In this document: in pieces, positions 16,720 through 16,857 of the stretch
How the letters are laid out: each line of letters begins with the position of its first letter
Numbering within the stretch: the stretch's first letter is position 1
Source of the DNA: Chthonomonadales bacterium
GTDB taxonomy: Bacteria; Armatimonadota; Chthonomonadetes; Chthonomonadales; Chthonomonadaceae
Reading direction: 5' to 3'
DNA: 16,857 bases
Assembly (NCBI GenBank): GCA_038217285.1
Contig: JBBQPO010000126.1
Coordinates: forward strand, 1 to 16,857
Program-made: the position numbers and the translations under genes
The notes under the pieces: generated by a model
What the model was told of the DNA's origin: nothing
Databases searched by the model: none
Seen by the model: the letters and a program-made list of their open reading frames with translations, nothing else

Positions 16720-16857
16720 GTTACTGTCCAGCCTGAAATCGCCGGGAATCTTTTGCCTTATCGTCTCGTAGGATACCTATGCTAACACGCGAAGCTTTCC
16801 AACACCTCTACGATCAAGGACCAGAAGCCGTATTTACTCTGCTGACGGCGTTCGAAC
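16720..16857 (+). mobile_element. Left end of a probable IS66-family (ISBst12-type) element; transposase N-terminus at 16779->16857
   Basis: Starts GTTACTGTCCAGC, similar to the GTAA(C).. IS66 termini. ATG 16779 gives MLTREAFQHLYDQGPEAVFTLLTAFE, resembling N-termini of single-ORF IS66 transposases. Confidence 0.7.

Overview
GC-rich bacterial window; Armatimonadota-like origin is inferred from the gene families only. In order: (1) a head-to-head junction near 235 of two 5'-truncated gene fragments, a YVTN/YncE-type beta-propeller (-) and an NTP-transferase-like C-terminus (+); (2) an MFS transporter (-); (3) an exported redoxin-like protein with a CxxCGCxxC motif plus a DUF1573 Ig-like protein (-); (4) divergent sigma70 promoters; (5) a ~415-nt structured leader with a 28-aa uORF, ahead of an OprB/MnoP-like porin, a NitT/TauT-type double-domain permease and an ABC ATPase, with no binding-protein gene; (6) a REPIN/MITE-like nested inverted repeat; (7) an ECF sigma and a zf-HC2/DUF4349 anti-sigma carrying a DUF1559 pilin-like motif (-); (8) a GNAT acetyltransferase (-); (9) a HEAT-like membrane protein; (10) three tandem membrane-anchored paralogs, the two intact ones ending in GspG-like C-termini and the third cut off by a probable IS66-family element at the window end. 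The best novelty candidates are the leader plus porin/ABC module and the chimeric anti-sigma. All family calls come from motif recognition; no searches were run.
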